The notes below the pieces were generated by a model that saw nothing but the letters and a program-made list of their open reading frames with translations, searched no databases and was not told the origin of the DNA. From Escherichia phage vB_EcoM_RZ: a stretch of 64,000 bases of DNA. This document shows positions 60,008 to 64,000 of this stretch, in pieces (positions within the stretch are counted from its first letter, which is position 1; every line of letters begins with the position of its first letter). The DNA is taken from the sequence record MW598459. The stretch is one strand, 5' to 3'. The translations under genes and the position numbers were made by a program.

Positions 60008-63000
60008 ATGGCTACTTTAAAACAAATACAATTTAAAAGAAGTAAGGTTGCCGGCGTTCGTCCGGCGCCAACAGTTCTTGCTGAAGGTGAACTGGCTATC
60101 AACCTGAAAGACCGCTTACTTTTTACTAAAGATGACACCGGCGCCATCATCGACCTTGGCTTTGCTAAAGGTGGTAATATTGACGGTAACGTTATTCATA
60201 AAGGAAATTACAATCAAACCGGCGCCTATACTATAGCCGGAGATATTTCACAAACGTCTGGACATTTTACTACTACTGGTAATATAACAGCAAATGGTGA
60301 TATTACTGCAAAAGCCCGTTTAATGACAGATAACGGTGAAGTTCTTGTACGAGGTACAGGAACCACTCATGTTCGATTCCAGGATTTGGCTGATGCTCGC
60401 GAAAGAGGTATAATTTATTCTCAAAACCGTACTGGGGATACCAAGCAAATCTTGAACGTTCGTGTCCAGGATTATACTAATTCAACATCTAATATTTTTG
60501 CATTCAACGGTGACGGTTTATTTTATGCTCCATCTATTTCCGGTGGAACATCAATAAAATCTCCGGTAATTTATACTAATACCGTTGATACCGGTAATAA
60601 ATCAGCTCTTGATTATGATATATCTTCATTGGCAAATAATAATCCTGCAAGTTCAAGTGCAACATCTATTAACTATCTTAGAATAAGTAGACATGCTGTC
60701 GATGGAATTAGGTATCGTGAACTTAATAATGTAAATGGTATTTCATGGCATTCTATTTCTACAGCCGGAACAGCTAAGTATCTTTGGTCATTTAATGCAG
60801 ATGGAGATGTCAAAACATCAAATTCTCTTTCCGTTGGCCTACCTGGGGATAGCTCAGGATACTCAACATTAGGTCCGTCTGCTATCGCACTTGGCGACAA
60901 TAACACAGGTTTGAAATGGAGACAAGACGGCCAGTTCCATATAGTTAATAATGGAGCTTATACTTTACTTACAACTCCGACTGAAGTTACAAGCCTTAAA
61001 CAGTTAGTTGCGGGTTATTCAACCAACGGTTCTGATTTAATTCTCCCTACAGCCCAAAACTATCCATTAGTTATTGTTAATACTACTAATGATAAAAACG
61101 GCTTCGGTGACGGTCAAACTCTTTTAGGATATCACCAAAGCGGCAAATATCACCATTATTTTCGTGGCAAAGGTGTAACAAACGTTAACACCGATGGTGG
61201 GTTGTTGGTTACTCCTGGTAACGTTGAAGTCCGTGGTGGTTCGGTTAATATTGATGGTCTCAGTAATGCTTCGACAGTGCTTTTTAAAGGAAATACAACA
61301 GGAAGTAGTTCAGTTGATAATATAGAGCTCAAAGTTTGGGGTGACACTTTTAATACGGTAGATGGTTCTCGTAAAAACGTAATGGAAACATCTGATGCTA
61401 CCGGCTGGATGCATTATATTCAACGAACTACAGCAGGTAAAGTCGAATCCTATTTAAATGGTACCATGAATGTAATTGAAGGATTGACTGTCAATCAAGA
61501 TACATCCTTAAAACGCAATCTGTATGTTTCCAATGAAATTAAAGTTCGCGCTGCTAGTGGTCTTCGTATTTGGAACGATAAGTACGGTGTTATTTTTCGA
61601 AATTCGGAAGACCAGCTGCATATTATCCCGACCAATGTTAATGCCGGCGAAAGTGGCGGATTAGGCCCATTACGCCCATTAAGTATTACGTTAGACACTG
61701 GTCAAGTTAAAATCCCTAATTTAGCGGCTGACCAAGTTTCTTTTATTGCTAACAGCGTATTAGAATTCCCTGCTGGTAATGGTGCATCTTATGCCAACCA
61801 GAATACGACTAAAGCTCCGTTGTATCAAACACTTGGTGCAGCAACCCAAGCATTCTATCCAATTACCAAGCAGAAAAATACAGTTTCTAATGTAACTATT
61901 ACTCAAGGTATGGACCGCGCTACAAGCGAATACCGAATTGTTGCTCAAGGCGATTTGCTTGGTGATGGTGATGCTACAGGATTAAAATATTGGCGCTTTA
62001 CCAAAGAAGGTAACTTCATGGCTCAGAACCGCTTATATGCCGGTACAGCTTATATGAATACCGATGGTAATATTGCAGGTTCTATTTGGAAAAAGTATAG
62101 CGGTGCTACTAACCTTGATGCAGCAGTGAATACTCGTGTCGGTAAAAGTGGTGACACAATGACCGGGCGTTTAACTCTTAATGCAAACTCGGATGCTATT
62201 GTTATTAACAGTGCTGCAACCGAATCTGGTTATATGAAAGGACAAAAAGCTGGTATTGATAACTGGTATGTAGGTAACGGCGGTGCCGATAATGCTGTAT
62301 CAATTTATAGTTTTCAAACTAATTCAGGCGTAAATATTAATGCAGACGGCGATATTGCTTTAAACCCACAAGGTTCAGCCACTTTTAATTTTAATAGGGA
62401 CCGTCTTTTTATTAATGGCTCTGTCTGGGCATCCCACCAGGCTGGCGATTGGGGAAACCAATGGAAGCAAGAAGCACCGGTATTTGTTGATTTTGGTAAT
62501 GTTGGTAATGATAGTTATTATCCGATTATCAAAGGAAAATCTGGTATTACTAACGAAGGATTCATATCAGGTGTAGATTTCGGTATGCGTCGTATCACTA
62601 ATAACTGGGCGCAAGGTATTATTCGTGTAGGTAACCAGGAAAACGGTTCTGACCCACAAGCTATCTATGAATTCCACCACAATGGAGTTCTGTATGTTCC
62701 TAACATGGTTAAAACTGGAGCAAGATTATCAGCTGGTGGTGGTGACCCTGTATGGACCGGTCCGTGTCTTGTTATTGGTGATAATGATACAGGATTAGTT
62801 CATGGTGGTGACGGCCGAATCAATATGGTTGCAAATGGTGCACATATTGCATCTTGGTCTAGCTCTTACCATATCCATGAAGGTCTTTGGGATACTCATG
62901 GTGCTTTGTGGACTGAAACAGGAAGAGCTATTATTTCTTTTGGTCATTTAGTCCAACAAAGTGATGCCTATTCTACATATGTTCGAGATGTTTATGTCCG

Positions 63001-63337
63001 TTCTGATATTCGTGTTAAAAAAGACCTTGTTAAATTTGAAAATGCTTCTCAGAAGCTTTCTAAAATTAACGGTTACACTTATATGCAGAAACGTGGCCTG
63101 GATGAAGAAGGTAATCAGAAATGGGAACCTAACGCTGGTTTAATTGCTCAAGAAGTTCAATCTATTTTACCTGAATTGGTTGAAGGCGACCCTGATGGCG
63201 AAGCTTTACTTCGTTTGAACTATAACGGTGTAATTGGTTTAAATACAGCTGCAATCAATGAGCATACTGCAGAAATTGCAGAACTTAAGTCAGAGATTGA
63301 AGAACTTAAAGCATTAATTAAATCATTGTTAAAATAA
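60008..63337 (+). CDS. 37: Long tail fibre distal subunit gp37 with a C-terminal intramolecular-chaperone-like domain
   Basis: 1109 aa; N-terminal part gp37-like; the last ~120 aa contain an SDIRVKKDL motif followed by a coiled-coil ([22 protein letters not shown]), resembling auto-cleaving chaperone domains of other phage fibres. Confidence 0.88.
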   Translation: MATLKQIQFKRSKVAGVRPAPTVLAEGELAINLKDRLLFTKDDTGAIIDLGFAKGGNIDGNVIHKGNYNQTGAYTIAGDISQTSGHFTTTGNITANGDITAKARLMTDNGEVLVRGTGTTHVRFQDLADARERGIIYSQNRTGDTKQILNVRVQDYTNSTSNIFAFNGDGLFYAPSISGGTSIKSPVIYTNTVDTGNKSALDYDISSLANNNPASSSATSINYLRISRHAVDGIRYRELNNVNGISWHSISTAGTAKYLWSFNADGDVKTSNSLSVGLPGDSSGYSTLGPSAIALGDNNTGLKWRQDGQFHIVNNGAYTLLTTPTEVTSLKQLVAGYSTNGSDLILPTAQNYPLVIVNTTNDKNGFGDGQTLLGYHQSGKYHHYFRGKGVTNVNTDGGLLVTPGNVEVRGGSVNIDGLSNASTVLFKGNTTGSSSVDNIELKVWGDTFNTVDGSRKNVMETSDATGWMHYIQRTTAGKVESYLNGTMNVIEGLTVNQDTSLKRNLYVSNEIKVRAASGLRIWNDKYGVIFRNSEDQLHIIPTNVNAGESGGLGPLRPLSITLDTGQVKIPNLAADQVSFIANSVLEFPAGNGASYANQNTTKAPLYQTLGAATQAFYPITKQKNTVSNVTITQGMDRATSEYRIVAQGDLLGDGDATGLKYWRFTKEGNFMAQNRLYAGTAYMNTDGNIAGSIWKKYSGATNLDAAVNTRVGKSGDTMTGRLTLNANSDAIVINSAATESGYMKGQKAGIDNWYVGNGGADNAVSIYSFQTNSGVNINADGDIALNPQGSATFNFNRDRLFINGSVWASHQAGDWGNQWKQEAPVFVDFGNVGNDSYYPIIKGKSGITNEGFISGVDFGMRRITNNWAQGIIRVGNQENGSDPQAIYEFHHNGVLYVPNMVKTGARLSAGGGDPVWTGPCLVIGDNDTGLVHGGDGRINMVANGAHIASWSSSYHIHEGLWDTHGALWTETGRAIISFGHLVQQSDAYSTYVRDVYVRSDIRVKKDLVKFENASQKLSKINGYTYMQKRGLDEEGNQKWEPNAGLIAQEVQSILPELVEGDPDGEALLRLNYNGVIGLNTAAINEHTAEIAELKSEIEELKALIKSLLK

Positions 63338-63342
63338 TAAGA

Positions 63343-63358
63343 GGGGCTTCGGCCCCTT
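63343..63358 (+). other. Stem-loop (GGGGC-UUCG-GCCCC) between genes 37 and 38
   Basis: GC stem with UUCG tetraloop, no clear T-run; overlaps the GGAGG ribosome-binding site of gene 38. Confidence 0.4.
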
Positions 63359-63368
63359 GGAGGTTTAT

Positions 63369-64000
63369 ATGGCAGTTCAAGGACCGTGGGTAGGGTGGTC
63401 TGCAGTAGTTAATACTGGACAAAATTGGATGGGCGGCGCCGCCCAGCGATTGAGAATGGGTATTCCGTTTTGGATGAGTAATATGAACGGTCGGTCTGTT
63501 GAAGTAATTCACACACTTGGAGCAGACCATAACTTTAATGGGCAATGGTTTAGGGACCGCTGTTTTGAAGCAGGTGCTGCCCCTATTGTGTTTAATATCA
63601 CAGGTGATTTAGTATCTTATACTAAAGATGTTCCATTGTTCTTTATGTATGGTGATACTCCTAATGAATATGTTACTTTGAATATTCATGGTGGGGTTCA
63701 TATGTGGGGACGTGGTGGTAATGGTGGGACCCGTGTTTGGATAGCAGGTACAAATGGTGGTGATGTAATTCAAAACGACATTGGAGGCAGACTCCGTATC
63801 TGGAACTATGGCGTTATAGCTTCAGGTGGTGGCGGTGGTGCCGGATGTGCTTCAAATAACTCTTGGCTTGCAGCTGGTACTGCCGGTGGCGGCGGCGGTA
63901 GACCATATGGATTAGGTGGTGCTAATGGTGCCGTAAACCCAGGTGGCAACGCTAGTTATACAGGCCCTGGTGGCGGCGGTAGCTTTGGCGGTCAGTGGGG
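63369..64000 (+). CDS. 38: T2-type gp38 receptor-recognising adhesin with glycine-rich motifs (3' end outside the window)
   Basis: Open frame from the ATG at 63369 to the window edge; N-terminus matches remembered T2-type gp38 (...[59 protein letters not shown]); poly-Gly stretches (GGGGGAG, GGGGG) follow. Confidence 0.8.
   Translation, partial: MAVQGPWVGWSAVVNTGQNWMGGAAQRLRMGIPFWMSNMNGRSVEVIHTLGADHNFNGQWFRDRCFEAGAAPIVFNITGDLVSYTKDVPLFFMYGDTPNEYVTLNIHGGVHMWGRGGNGGTRVWIAGTNGGDVIQNDIGGRLRIWNYGVIASGGGGGAGCASNNSWLAAGTAGGGGGRPYGLGGANGAVNPGGNASYTGPGGGGSFGGQW

Noticed and set aside
63318-63545. 75 aa minus-strand ORF at the start of gene 38
   Set aside because: Antisense to the gp38 frame, which has a GGAGG ribosome-binding site and a conserved N-terminus.

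Overview
This 64 kb window is a contiguous segment of a T4-like (Tequatrovirus-type) myovirus genome, colinear with the T4 interval from gene 17 to gene 38. The plus strand carries late structural modules: terminase large subunit (3' part), tail sheath and tube, portal, prohead core, protease, scaffold, major capsid and vertex proteins, baseplate hub genes 51-27-28-29-48-54, and the long tail fibre genes 34-35-36-37-38. The minus strand carries early and middle genes: rnlB, hoc, inh, uvsY, 25/26, alt, DNA ligase, rIII, gp31, dCMP deaminase, polynucleotide kinase, a spanin pair, alc, rnlA, denA, nrdB/nrdA, td, frd, gp32, gp59, gp33, dsbA and rnh, plus many small ORFs. All calls rest on by-eye reading of the six-frame translations against remembered T4 proteins and on motifs found in the sequence; no database search was run. 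Regulatory signals are dense: T4-type late promoters (TATAAATA) precede plus-strand structural genes, MotA-box middle promoters and repeated early-promoter/stem-loop cassettes sit in minus-strand intergenic gaps, and GC-rich tetraloop hairpins with T-runs act as terminators. No CRISPR array, tRNA or rRNA was found. The points most worth a second look are a ~400 bp GC-rich ORF-free island between rIII and a small basic-protein gene, one promoter-leader cassette reused in front of three unrelated genes, three free-standing homing-endonuclease genes (two with non-ATG starts) alongside intron-less td and nrdB, a NADAR-like gene near the Alt ADP-ribosyltransferase, a partial duplication of the alc 5' region, and translationally coupled micro-ORFs. 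I did not identify a clearly novel multi-gene system; the unassigned small early genes remain uncharacterised candidates.
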